DNA of 62,147 nt from a virus (lineage: Duplodnaviria > Caudoviricetes), in IMG/VR virus record IMGVR_UViG_3300042868_003080, positions 1-62,147 of that record. One strand, given 5' to 3'. Both the position numbers and the translations under genes were made by a program. The notes beneath the pieces are model-generated. The model did no database searches and had not been told where the DNA came from. It worked only from the letters and a program-made list of their open reading frames with translations. Positions 18,273 to 26,368 of this stretch are shown in pieces. Within the stretch, counting starts at the first letter, position 1. The number at the start of each line of letters is the position of its first letter.

Positions 18273-18624
18273 GCAATGTAAACAAAAAAGGCTAATGTAA
18301 TAAAAAAAGGGCTAATGTAAAAACCAATGTAAATTTTTTCGGTTTAATTTATCGTTGTTTTTCAATAGTTTACGAGCAATGTAAACAAAAACGGCTATTG
18401 TAAACAGTTTTTTAAAATGCATGGGGAAAATGAAATCTTTTGGGCAGGCTCGCAGGCTCTCCCCTGAGAGCGTATAAAATTTGCCTGCTCCATTTAATTT
18501 ATTTTTACAATATTACATTAATACAATACAACAAAAACAGCCAAAAAACCTAGGCGCAATGCCGATTCCTTTTGTAAAATTCCCAAATCCAGTTTTTTTA
18601 CATAGCACCCGTTTTTATTACAAT
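18273..18624. other. AT-rich noncoding iteron-like array, candidate replication origin
   Basis: AWTGTAA at 18275, 18294, 18314, 18326, 18378, 18397; inverted or near-inverted copies at 18505, 18513, 18598, 18618 around a GC-rich hairpin core. Confidence 0.55.
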
Positions 18625-18629
18625 ACCGC

Positions 18630-18657
18630 TTGACACTGTGACACGCTAAGGTAAACT
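18630..18657 (+). promoter_or_regulatory. early promoter P2
   Basis: TTGACA-16-TAAACT; two ACTGTGACAC boxes. Confidence 0.65.
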
Positions 18658-18690
18658 GTGACACACAAACAGAGAAGGGAAACTAAAATT

Positions 18691-18930
18691 ATGACACGTT
18701 CACTCAACACTATTCACCGCGATATCACCAACGATTGGGCCAAGCCATATTTCGGTGCTGTGCCATATCTGGATGCGATGCGCCATTTGGATACCATGCG
18801 GGACAAATACTACTATGACGATGCAGAATCCGTTGTCCGTTATTTCCTGTCCAACGCGACATCGTGGAAGGGTGAGACAGCGCGAGCAATCAAGGCCGAA
18901 CTAAAGGCCATGCTGAAGGGGAGCAATTGA
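18691..18930 (+). CDS. conserved phage protein
   Basis: YFGAVPYLDAM...YFLSNATSWKGETARAIKAELK, a motif I recall from diverse phages; start at 18691. Confidence 0.7.
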   Translation: MTRSLNTIHRDITNDWAKPYFGAVPYLDAMRHLDTMRDKYYYDDAESVVRYFLSNATSWKGETARAIKAELKAMLKGSN

Positions 18931-18931
18931 G

Positions 18932-19183
18932 ATGTGGAAGGGACAAGCCATAGACCTAAACCGGACAGGGCAGAACTGGTTTGAGACATTGAACGATGCG
19001 TTGGACAGCGAAGGGCTGCTGGAAATGTGGCCACTAGGTTTAAACATCAATTACGACGAAACCCGTTCACTAGCAGCTGGCGGCAGATATATTTCCATCA
19101 CACGGGACAGCACAGGGCGCTATGAGCGACCGATTCACTATGTAACACAAATGGCAGATACATATCCAAGGGAAGGGAACTGA
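18932..19183 (+). CDS. early hypothetical protein
   Basis: SD GGAG; operon packing. Confidence 0.65.
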   Translation: MWKGQAIDLNRTGQNWFETLNDALDSEGLLEMWPLGLNINYDETRSLAAGGRYISITRDSTGRYERPIHYVTQMADTYPREGN

Positions 19184-19184
19184 G

Positions 19185-19382
19185 ATGCATAAGGTAGAGC
19201 TAACAGCAATGCAGATGCACACCATCATTGCGGCGTTGGATGATGCGAGAGGGGACTATTTCGAAAAGGCATACCATGCCGACCGCAAGGGGCATGAGAG
19301 CCGAGCAACAGACTATTACGACATATCGCAAGAGTACGAAACAATAATCTTGGCGCTGCAAGCGCAAATGAAGGGAAACTAA
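19185..19382 (+). CDS. early hypothetical protein
   Basis: SD AAGGG; operon packing. Confidence 0.65.
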   Translation: MHKVELTAMQMHTIIAALDDARGDYFEKAYHADRKGHESRATDYYDISQEYETIILALQAQMKGN

Positions 19383-19383
19383 A

Positions 19384-19638
19384 ATGCGTAAATATCCAAA
19401 CTACATCACGTTCGCATGGCAGCGTTGCGGGGACGATTGCGACTATGAGGTTGTCGGGACACTGAACGGGGAGACCATCGATGAAGATGCCGTATGGAAT
19501 TACCTAGTCGAGCAGACACTAGCGGCGTTGCGGCTATCAGAAAATGATGTGCAAGCATACAACCGCGAGGACGTTTATTCAGTGCTTGAACACGACGGCA
19601 CGGACTGGGAACCAATCAAAGTAGGGGCGACAGCATGA
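19384..19638 (+). CDS. acidic early hypothetical protein
   Basis: SD AAGGG; D/E-rich. Confidence 0.65.
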   Translation: MRKYPNYITFAWQRCGDDCDYEVVGTLNGETIDEDAVWNYLVEQTLAALRLSENDVQAYNREDVYSVLEHDGTDWEPIKVGATA

Positions 19639-19874
19639 CGTTCTTTGAGACAATCACGGCAGCCCTAGGCGAAACCGATTTAAACGACGCAATCACGATG
19701 ATTCAAAAAGCTTGTGGCATAACAGACGGGGGCTTTGCGTCTCACTGGTTCGATTGCATCGCCGATGCACAATGGGACAACAACCTATCAGGTGCGAGGC
19801 TTGGGCTGCTTATGGACTACATCGCCCATGAATATACGTTTACTTTTGCCCATCTGGAAGGGGACATGGCATGA
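19635..19874 (+). CDS. acidic early hypothetical protein
   Basis: ATGA overlaps. Confidence 0.65.
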   Translation: MTFFETITAALGETDLNDAITMIQKACGITDGGFASHWFDCIADAQWDNNLSGARLGLLMDYIAHEYTFTFAHLEGDMA

Positions 19875-20026
19875 TTGATAGGAGCGAAGCAAGCCGAGCG
19901 ATGGCCAAGGCCATTGCATACAAGCAATGCGGTAAGGACACCGACGCAGCGCAATGGGCACGGGAACTAGTACGCATCCTGCAATGTGCAGATATACTGA
20001 AGGAAGGCCAGGGAATTCCCGGTTAA
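19871..20026 (+). CDS. early hypothetical protein (51 aa)
   Basis: Manual translation MIDRSEASRAMAKAIAYKQCGKD...; ATGA overlap. Confidence 0.6.
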   Translation: MIDRSEASRAMAKAIAYKQCGKDTDAAQWARELVRILQCADILKEGQGIPG

Positions 20027-20051
20027 AAAACCACCTATTGTAAAAAATTTA

Positions 20052-20079
20052 TTGACAAGCGTGTCACGCTAGCTATGCT
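20052..20079 (+). promoter_or_regulatory. early promoter P3
   Basis: TTGACA-16-TATGCT; spacer holds the palindrome AGCGTG-T-CACGCT; upstream ATTGTAAAAAA. Confidence 0.7.
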
Positions 20080-20115
20080 GGGGACACCAGAGCAAGGGGC
20101 AAAGGAGCAAACGAC

Positions 20116-20328
20116 ATGATGTACCAGTTAATCACATATCCAACGATGTTGCGCCGCGAGGTGGTGGATACCTACCCATCGTACAAGGCCGCGACCGATG
20201 CAGCGCATAGCCGCTATCAGATTTACTATTTCGAACAGGACACCGACGTAGACTACACGGCAGCCGATTTCATCACTGAACAGGGCGCTATCTACTCAAT
20301 CGAGCCAATGAAGGGAGCAGAGGCATGA
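20116..20328 (+). CDS. early hypothetical protein
   Basis: AAGGAGCAAAC RBS. Confidence 0.7.
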   Translation: MMYQLITYPTMLRREVVDTYPSYKAATDAAHSRYQIYYFEQDTDVDYTAADFITEQGAIYSIEPMKGAEA

Positions 20329-20558
20329 CCGATGTAATAACATTCATCAAACCAGAGGCCGGACTAGATGTGCACCTAGAGGTGCGGGACGTAGAAACCC
20401 ATCGCTGGCGACTAGCCGCCAAGTTTGAATATAGCATCCATGCAATGGAAGCAGCGCGAGCATTGAGCGAGGCCGACACACGGGAATGGCGCGTAGTGGA
20501 CACCCGTTGGAAAGAAGGCCCGATGATAATCACATATACCAAGGGGACAGCAGCATGA
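20325..20558 (+). CDS. early hypothetical protein
   Basis: GGAG SD; ATGA overlap. Confidence 0.65.
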   Translation: MTDVITFIKPEAGLDVHLEVRDVETHRWRLAAKFEYSIHAMEAARALSEADTREWRVVDTRWKEGPMIITYTKGTAA

Positions 20559-20791
20559 TGGTGAAGGTAACACTGGAAGCGACACTAACATTCCCTGAGG
20601 GGACAAAGTGGCCGTCATTCGGAGAGATTGGGAGCAGGGCGTTCACCCTGCCCAACGGGGACACAATCAAGCCTTGGGTGGCGCTGGAACTGAACGACCT
20701 GCACGACCTGACGTACACACAGGTAGAGGAACTGGGCATCGAACTGATTGAAGGCGGATGCACCATCGAAGCAGCGGGGTGGGCATCATGA
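20555..20791 (+). CDS. early hypothetical protein
   Basis: Probable start MMVKV at 20555 (ATGA overlap). Confidence 0.6.
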   Translation: MMVKVTLEATLTFPEGTKWPSFGEIGSRAFTLPNGDTIKPWVALELNDLHDLTYTQVEELGIELIEGGCTIEAAGWAS

Positions 20792-20886
20792 TGGGAACTG
20801 TCATTCACGCATTAGCAGAGATATTTTTTGTCAGCGCGGGAATCTTCGCCATCTGGGCGATACACGCAACATTGAAGGGAAGGTAA
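20788..20886 (+). CDS. small membrane peptide (32 aa)
   Basis: Manual translation MMGTVIHALAEIFFVSAGIFAIWAIHATLKGR. Confidence 0.5.
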   Translation: MMGTVIHALAEIFFVSAGIFAIWAIHATLKGR

Positions 20887-20889
20887 GCC

Positions 20890-21129
20890 ATGACCGAAGA
20901 TATCATTGAAGCAAAGACCACAGACGAACTGAGCGACCTGCTCTGTGCATACTGCAAGGCAAACGACCTAGCGTATGAATCTTGCGATGATGTACTGTTG
21001 GATGTGTTGGCGCAGATAGAGAAACGGAAGGCTAACGCAGTGTGGCTAGATGCATTCATCACACGATGGGATGTCGTACAGGCAGACGAGGATTTTGAGT
21101 ACGCAGTAGCGATGCGGGGAGAGAAATGA
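20890..21129 (+). CDS. acidic early hypothetical protein
   Basis: SD AAGG; operon packing. Confidence 0.6.
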   Translation: MTEDIIEAKTTDELSDLLCAYCKANDLAYESCDDVLLDVLAQIEKRKANAVWLDAFITRWDVVQADEDFEYAVAMRGEK

Positions 21130-21323
21130 TGTTAGATTGGGCAGAGAGCGAGAAACAGATGCTGGCCGAAGAAGCCAAGCACCTAGAGAGCATCCAGGAA
21201 ATACCGGGCTTGAACCCTGATGTGGTGGCAGCGATGGTGAGCCTGTACCGCACAGGATGGCGCGACTGCTGGATAGTAGAGATGAGGAGCCAACGGAATA
21301 AGGACACAAGCAATGTTCACTAA
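21126..21323 (+). CDS. early hypothetical protein
   Basis: GGAG SD; overlap. Confidence 0.55.
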   Translation: MMLDWAESEKQMLAEEAKHLESIQEIPGLNPDVVAAMVSLYRTGWRDCWIVEMRSQRNKDTSNVH

Positions 21324-21513
21324 GACAATGATACTGACAAGGGCCGACAAGGCATCGTGGTTGGAGACGATATGGGATGCGCTGCATGGGTACAGAGAGA
21401 TGTGCCTACCTGAGAGCGAAGAGTACGACCACATCTGGGATGACATCTGCACAGCGATGGCATGGATTGAAGAAGAAATGCTCGAAGCGGAAAAAACTTC
21501 GTTGACAACATAA
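21313..21513 (+). CDS. acidic early hypothetical protein
   Basis: AAGGA SD; WDDICTAMAWI motif. Confidence 0.6.
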   Translation: MFTKTMILTRADKASWLETIWDALHGYREMCLPESEEYDHIWDDICTAMAWIEEEMLEAEKTSLTT

Positions 21514-21540
21514 ACAAACCCGTGTCACACATCGTGTCAC
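21502..21540 (+). promoter_or_regulatory. promoter/operator P4
   Basis: A tract, TTGACA at 21502, then two GTGTCAC boxes (21522, 21534); -10 unclear. Confidence 0.5.
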
Positions 21541-21554
21541 AAGGAGCAAACGAC

Positions 21555-21716
21555 ATGACAAAGGCAACATATTATTTCGAGGAAGACAACAAGTCGGGGA
21601 GCGGCGTGACCGCATGGGACGAATGCTATGTGGACGCAACATCAGAGACTGACGCATTGGCGCAACTTGAAAATCGCGGGGTTAACGTAACACACATCGA
21701 ACAAGTGCAAAACTAA
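21555..21716 (+). CDS. early hypothetical protein
   Basis: AAGGAGCAAAC RBS places the start at 21555. Confidence 0.65.
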   Translation: MTKATYYFEEDNKSGSGVTAWDECYVDATSETDALAQLENRGVNVTHIEQVQN

Positions 21717-21728
21717 GGGGCAAACGAC

Positions 21729-22229
21729 ATGACCACAACACTAACTAAGAAACCAGTAATCGAACTGAAGAACATCAAGCACACGGCATGGGCATCACAA
21801 GAGACCCACTGCTACCAAGCAACCCTGTACGTCGATGGCGTCAAGTGGGGGACTGTGTCCAACCAAGGACATGGGGGTGGTGATGACTTCCACAGCGAAA
21901 ACAAAAGCGATGAGGACATCAAGTGGTTGAATAACCAAATCAAGGAAACATACGACCCATACGAGTACGAGGGTTACACCCTTAAGAAAAACCTAGAGAT
22001 GGTGTGCGGTGACCTAGTCAACCAATGGCTGCGCGATAAGGACTTCAACCGCGCAATGAAGGCCAAGGTGCTGTTTACCAAGCCCGACACGCAAGGCATC
22101 TGGCAACTAGCTGTAAAGAAACCGCTGACGTTCGAGGTGATGTTAGCAAAGGCCAAGGCGCAGCACCCACACTACACATACCTTGCCGACCTGCCAGTCG
22201 ATGAGGCCAAAGCAATCTACTTCGCATAA
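21729..22229 (+). CDS. conserved phage hypothetical protein
   Basis: SQETHCYQATLYVDG...NQGHGG motif; AAGGGGCAAAC RBS. Confidence 0.7.
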   Translation: MTTTLTKKPVIELKNIKHTAWASQETHCYQATLYVDGVKWGTVSNQGHGGGDDFHSENKSDEDIKWLNNQIKETYDPYEYEGYTLKKNLEMVCGDLVNQWLRDKDFNRAMKAKVLFTKPDTQGIWQLAVKKPLTFEVMLAKAKAQHPHYTYLADLPVDEAKAIYFA

Positions 22230-22239
22230 GGAGCAAACC

Positions 22240-22509
22240 ATGCGGTACAACAGACGGCATACATTCTATTTCGACTACCTGCTTGCGCGGGAGACCGAAG
22301 ACCTAGAGGTAGAGGTGGCATACATCATCGATGACGATGAGGTGATGCTACAGTCGGTGCGGCACAATGGGGCTGAACTGGAAACCACAGAGGCAGAGGA
22401 TCGCGAACTGTATGATGAGGCGCTTGACCGAGCCTCAGACGATATGATTGCAGCAGACGCCGACTATGGCGACTACCTACGCGACTCAGCCCGTGACTAT
22501 GAAGGATGA
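22240..22509 (+). CDS. highly acidic hypothetical protein
   Basis: AAGGAGCAAAC RBS places the start at 22240; D/E-rich. Confidence 0.65.
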   Translation: MRYNRRHTFYFDYLLARETEDLEVEVAYIIDDDEVMLQSVRHNGAELETTEAEDRELYDEALDRASDDMIAADADYGDYLRDSARDYEG

Positions 22510-22512
22510 ACG

Positions 22513-22719
22513 ATGGCACAAGAGAAATATAAACGCTGGGACATAAGCCATGACCCGTCACCAACACCCATCCGTGCGTTCGACTGGATAGCTATCCATC
22601 CCGACTATGAAGCATGGACAGAGGATGGACAGTGGCAGAGCAATGGCCTGTGCGTACACGCACCCAACCGCAAAGAACTATTAGAGGCCGTCGATGAATG
22701 GGAACTAGAGAATGCCTGA
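22513..22719 (+). CDS. hypothetical protein
   Basis: AAGGA SD; operon packing. Confidence 0.6.
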   Translation: MAQEKYKRWDISHDPSPTPIRAFDWIAIHPDYEAWTEDGQWQSNGLCVHAPNRKELLEAVDEWELENA

Positions 22720-22876
22720 CGAAGAAGAGACCATCGAGAGCCTGACCGAAGCAATGCGGGGCATCATCGACTCACTAACAACACAAGCATGGTTCATATC
22801 AAACATCGTGCATAGCCTAGAAGATGCAGGGATTGAGGTGCGGGGCGTGATGAACGACCGACCACCAGTAAATTAA
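22712..22876 (+). CDS. hypothetical protein (54 aa)
   Basis: Manual translation MPDEEETIESLTEAMRG... Confidence 0.5.
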   Translation: MPDEEETIESLTEAMRGIIDSLTTQAWFISNIVHSLEDAGIEVRGVMNDRPPVN

Positions 22877-22886
22877 GGAAGAGATA

Positions 22887-23066
22887 ATGGTAACCAAACG
22901 GGAAGTAGCAGCACAGCTGCGGAAGTATGACAAGATGAGACAGGAACTACGGACACTTGAGCATGAACTAGCCAAGGCCTGTGCCGACTATGGCAGGACG
23001 CAAGGTCTATGGGGGTTCAACAAAGATCACCTACGGATGCAATTAGAAAGGGAGAAAGCAGCATGA
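22887..23066 (+). CDS. hypothetical coiled-coil protein (59 aa)
   Basis: Manual translation MVTKREVAAQLRKYD...; AAGGA SD. Confidence 0.55.
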   Translation: MVTKREVAAQLRKYDKMRQELRTLEHELAKACADYGRTQGLWGFNKDHLRMQLEREKAA

Positions 23067-23215
23067 TTATCGGAGGCAAAGACCGCACATACTACCGCTT
23101 GGCGAGTGATGAGGAACTGATCGAGGAAGCCACATACAACCCCAACACAGAGTTATGCATCGCGCTGGGCGAACGCCTAGTAGATATCACCACCAAGGAA
23201 GAAGAACCTAAATGA
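23063..23215 (+). CDS. hypothetical protein (50 aa)
   Basis: GGAG SD; ATGA overlap. Confidence 0.55.
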   Translation: MIIGGKDRTYYRLASDEELIEEATYNPNTELCIALGERLVDITTKEEEPK

Positions 23216-23379
23216 TCGAGACCACCAAGACCAGCAACGCTATGGCCCACATCACTATGCGTATCCCAGTAGAAACCCTGGAGTATTTCCAGCACTTCGA
23301 GAACCCGCGCACCGCCATGCGAGAGGTATTGGATGAATATGTAGCAGCACGGAATAAAAAAGAGGTTGACACTGTCTAA
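23212..23379 (+). CDS. ribbon-helix-helix DNA-binding protein (BrnA/CopG-like, 55 aa)
   Basis: Manual translation ...AHITMRIPVETLEYFQHFENPRTAMREVLDEYV...; missed by the ORF track. Confidence 0.55.
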   Translation: MIETTKTSNAMAHITMRIPVETLEYFQHFENPRTAMREVLDEYVAARNKKEVDTV

Positions 23380-23396
23380 GGACAGAGGGATAAGCA
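23366..23396 (+). promoter_or_regulatory. promoter/operator P5
   Basis: A tract, TTGACA, then palindrome CTGTC-TAAG-GACAG in the spacer. Confidence 0.5.
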
Positions 23397-23422
23397 CTCA
23401 CCGATAACAAGGAGCAAACAAC

Positions 23423-23623
23423 ATGAATAATACAAGAGAACTTCGCGCATTCCTCGTCGAACAGATGCAGGGTGTAGCTTCAGGTAAGGTCAACAGCGAG
23501 AAGGCTAAGTCCATCTCCAACCTGTCACAGCAAATCTATAACACCATCAACATCGAAGTGAAGATGGCGTTGTCGAAGGCAAAGCTGAACGGGCAGAGCC
23601 TAGATGCTGTCGAGTTTAACTGA
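23423..23623 (+). CDS. conserved small phage protein
   Basis: AAGGAGCAAAC RBS; ELRAFL...KAKSISNLSQQI motif. Confidence 0.65.
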   Translation: MNNTRELRAFLVEQMQGVASGKVNSEKAKSISNLSQQIYNTINIEVKMALSKAKLNGQSLDAVEFN

Positions 23624-24296
23624 TCTATCAGCACTTCCTGATGACCTCGTTCGTCAACTGCAAGGCACCATCGCGGACTATGAATACAGGAAAAACAAAC
23701 TGCATTCATGGCGTGAGGTGCTTGACCACGGGACGGACGAGGAAATCTTGGAGAAAGCGCAGAGAGAGTGCGGCGAGATAGCGCCCATCACCTTTGCACG
23801 GAACTACCCCAAGGATGGCTGTCGTACGATGGCAGACCTGACCCGTGAGATTGTCCCCCACGATATGCGAGAGCATCCACGCAGACCCGTCATCATGAAA
23901 GGCGCACTGTACCAGCGATATAGGAAATATTCGCTATCAGAAGGGCGCAGCGCACCGAACGGCTGGTTAATCCGTGTGCATAAACGGGCGGTGCGTATGA
24001 GCAAGAAGACGCTCACCGAGTGGGATGAGATAATAGACTTTTCCAGTAAGGTGGCGGTTAGACTTGCCGAACGACATTACGGGGTAACCTCCCCCTATTG
24101 GAGATATACTAGCCCCCCGTTGTACGAAGCTGGCCGAGGCAAAGAGTTAGTTTTGATGCGCGGACGTTGGGTTGGCCTACCCTATGAGCAATATAGAAAC
24201 GTGCAGATGTTCCAGAAGGTAATCCGCAAGACAGAGAAGCTGGAAGATCGACTGGAACTACTACGCGCAGCAAGGAAAGAACGAGCCGATGGCTAA
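23604..24296 (+). CDS. hypothetical protein (basic)
   Basis: 230-aa ORF overlapping both neighbours. Confidence 0.6.
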   Translation: MLSSLTDLSALPDDLVRQLQGTIADYEYRKNKLHSWREVLDHGTDEEILEKAQRECGEIAPITFARNYPKDGCRTMADLTREIVPHDMREHPRRPVIMKGALYQRYRKYSLSEGRSAPNGWLIRVHKRAVRMSKKTLTEWDEIIDFSSKVAVRLAERHYGVTSPYWRYTSPPLYEAGRGKELVLMRGRWVGLPYEQYRNVQMFQKVIRKTEKLEDRLELLRAARKERADG

Positions 24297-24606
24297 AACC
24301 CCAGAGAAAATCGTTAAGGACAAGGTTGTATCGATCCTGAAGGCTGAAGGGGTGTATTACTTCTTCCCCGCTACGCATGGCTTTGGCCGCAGCGGTGTGC
24401 CTGACATCGTGTGCTGTGTATCCGGGTATTTCCTGGCTATCGAGTGCAAGGCGGGCAAGAACAAGCTGACTGCCCTGCAAGCCAACGAGATCGAAGCGAT
24501 ACGCCGCGCTAATGGTGTGGCTGTCGTGGCTAACGAAGAGAACTGGGACATGGTGCGTCCACTGGTTCAGGAACTGTCATCAAGAGCCGCAAGGGAGGGG
24601 GCGTAA
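24289..24606 (+). CDS. VRR-NUC domain nuclease / resolvase
   Basis: PEK...GVPDI...AIECK...LTALQ PD-(D/E)xK pattern. Confidence 0.85.
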   Translation: MAKTPEKIVKDKVVSILKAEGVYYFFPATHGFGRSGVPDIVCCVSGYFLAIECKAGKNKLTALQANEIEAIRRANGVAVVANEENWDMVRPLVQELSSRAAREGA

Positions 24607-24995
24607 TGGACTCATGGATTTTAAAGAAGCTAGGTGGGCGCGATGTAAGCCTCCTGCTTGTCGAGGAGTTGGAACTGCCTATCCGCGTGTCGCATTTACT
24701 AAAACACATGAACATCCGCACTGTGGGTCAGCTTGCAGCGCTGAGTGAGGTGGAACTACTACGCAATCCAAACTTTGGGCATAAATCACTGAAGCGACTA
24801 AAAGAAGTATTGGATGAACTCGGCGTAGAACTGCGAACCACACATATACTCACTATCGAGCAACAAATGGAGCGGGCAATGGCCCGTGCCCGTGCCGCTA
24901 AGGTAGCGTATGCAGAAGCAGCCTTAGAGGTTCAACGCATCGCTAAGCGGCTGGCAGACACCGATTTAGAGGAAATAATCCCATGCGAGTCCTAG
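24606..24995 (+). CDS. stand-alone RNA polymerase alpha-CTD homologue with C-terminal helix
   Basis: VEELELPIRVSHLLK..NI.TVGQL...SEVELLRNPNFGHKSL..LKEVL aligns without gaps to the RpoA CTD. Confidence 0.85.
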   Translation: MDSWILKKLGGRDVSLLLVEELELPIRVSHLLKHMNIRTVGQLAALSEVELLRNPNFGHKSLKRLKEVLDELGVELRTTHILTIEQQMERAMARARAAKVAYAEAALEVQRIAKRLADTDLEEIIPCES

Positions 24996-25591
24996 TAGCC
25001 TGTGAATATAGCGCCACTGTGCGCGATGCGTTCCGTGCCAAGGGGCATGATGCATGGTCTTGCGATCTGTTACCGACCGATGGTGACCCGCAATGGCATC
25101 ATGAAGGTGACATCACCGACATCCTCTACGGCGACTGGGATATGTTAATCGCGCACCCGCCCTGCACATACATGACGAACAGCGGTGTAACGTGGCTGCA
25201 TCGCGACCCTAGTCGCTGGGCCAAGCTGGATGACGCTGCACACTTCTTCAAGGAACTGTGGGACGCACCGATAAAGCGCATCGCGATAGAGAACCCCATC
25301 ATGCATAAATATGCAAAGGAACGGATCGGGGGCATCCAGCAGACGCAGACTATCCAACCCTGGATGTTTGGTCACACGGAGCAGAAGGCAACGTGCCTGT
25401 GGCTGAAGAACCTGCCACCGCTAGTACCAACGAACAACGTCAAGGAAGAGATGCTGGCACTGCCAGCCAACCAGCGCCAACGGCTACACTATCTACCGCC
25501 CAGTGCGGACAGGTGGAAGCTACGCAGCACAACATACAAAGGTATTGCCGAAGCAATGGCCGATCAGTGGGGCAGCAATGACAAGATATAA
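24983..25591 (+). CDS. C5 DNA cytosine methyltransferase-like protein
   Basis: RVLVACEYS...SCDL, IAHPPC (catalytic PC), IENP, K.TCLWL motifs. Confidence 0.7.
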   Translation: MRVLVACEYSATVRDAFRAKGHDAWSCDLLPTDGDPQWHHEGDITDILYGDWDMLIAHPPCTYMTNSGVTWLHRDPSRWAKLDDAAHFFKELWDAPIKRIAIENPIMHKYAKERIGGIQQTQTIQPWMFGHTEQKATCLWLKNLPPLVPTNNVKEEMLALPANQRQRLHYLPPSADRWKLRSTTYKGIAEAMADQWGSNDKI

Positions 25592-25889
25592 AGGCATAAC
25601 CCAAGGCGACCAAGATATCATCAAGACAATCGGGTACATAACGGACGATAAATACATCGCGTCTTATCATGGTGTGGATGTGCGGCGCGTCACCGCCCTA
25701 CGCAAGCAGGTTGACGAACACAAAGCCAAGGAAACAAAAGCAACATACGCCAGCAACAAGAACGCACCCGCTGCGATAAACAGTGACTCCGAGCGCAAGT
25801 GGAATGCTGATGCCAAGGCAGGCTCCGCCCAGCTGCGTGATGCACTGTTTGCGTTCTTCGAGAAGCGCCAACGGGGAGAGAGCAAATGA
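25578..25889 (+). CDS. hypothetical protein (possible HTH)
   Basis: Start MTRYKG at 25578; DKYIASYHGVDVRRV. Confidence 0.55.
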   Translation: MTRYKGITQGDQDIIKTIGYITDDKYIASYHGVDVRRVTALRKQVDEHKAKETKATYASNKNAPAAINSDSERKWNADAKAGSAQLRDALFAFFEKRQRGESK

Positions 25890-25963
25890 CCCTGCGCCAA
25901 TTCCTACACGATAATTTCGGCTGGGATATATACGACTGGGCCGATGATGAGATTAGGTTTTAA
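25886..25963 (+). CDS. small peptide (25 aa)
   Basis: MTLRQFLHDNFGWDIYDWADDEIRF; ATGA overlap; GGAG SD. Confidence 0.45.
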   Translation: MTLRQFLHDNFGWDIYDWADDEIRF

Positions 25964-25973
25964 GGAGCAACAG

Positions 25974-26243
25974 ATGACAGACAAATACGGCAAGGTTCAC
26001 ACAGACGGGAGCCGCTCCGGTGGCCAACCATTGGACAACACAAAACCACGCTGGACGGTAACACTGACCTATTACCATGGGGATGGGCCGCGCAGCAGCA
26101 CGATTAACATCCATGAGCTTTACGAACTTCAAGACATCGTGGAGCGCGGACCTAACTTCTACGCCATTGAGAGTATCGTGATAGGGATTAACACCGACGC
26201 AGACCACCCCAAGCTAACTGTCGAAGAGGCAGCGAAGCTGTGA
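25974..26243 (+). CDS. hypothetical protein
   Basis: AAGGAGCAA RBS places the start at 25974. Confidence 0.65.
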   Translation: MTDKYGKVHTDGSRSGGQPLDNTKPRWTVTLTYYHGDGPRSSTINIHELYELQDIVERGPNFYAIESIVIGINTDADHPKLTVEEAAKL

Positions 26244-26368
26244 CCGCAGACAACTGGCTTTTCATAACAGTCATGGGGGTAATAATCCTCGCCGCATATC
26301 TGAGCGCCACTAAGCCGAAGATAACCGAGCAAGAGCGCGAAGAGATGGAAGAGGAGTGGTGGGGATGA
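26240..26368 (+). CDS. small membrane protein (42 aa)
   Basis: GTG start; WLFITVMGVIILAAYL helix. Confidence 0.5.
   Translation: MTADNWLFITVMGVIILAAYLSATKPKITEQEREEMEEEWWG

Noticed and set aside
18273-18624. CRISPR array
   Set aside because: Repeats are 7-28 bp, irregularly spaced, in both orientations and lack unique spacers; the Cas4-like nuclease is a usual phage replication gene
18179-20022. Near-repeat CCAGGGAMTTCCSGG at 18179 and 20008
   Set aside because: Only two copies, one within a coding 3' end; insufficient support
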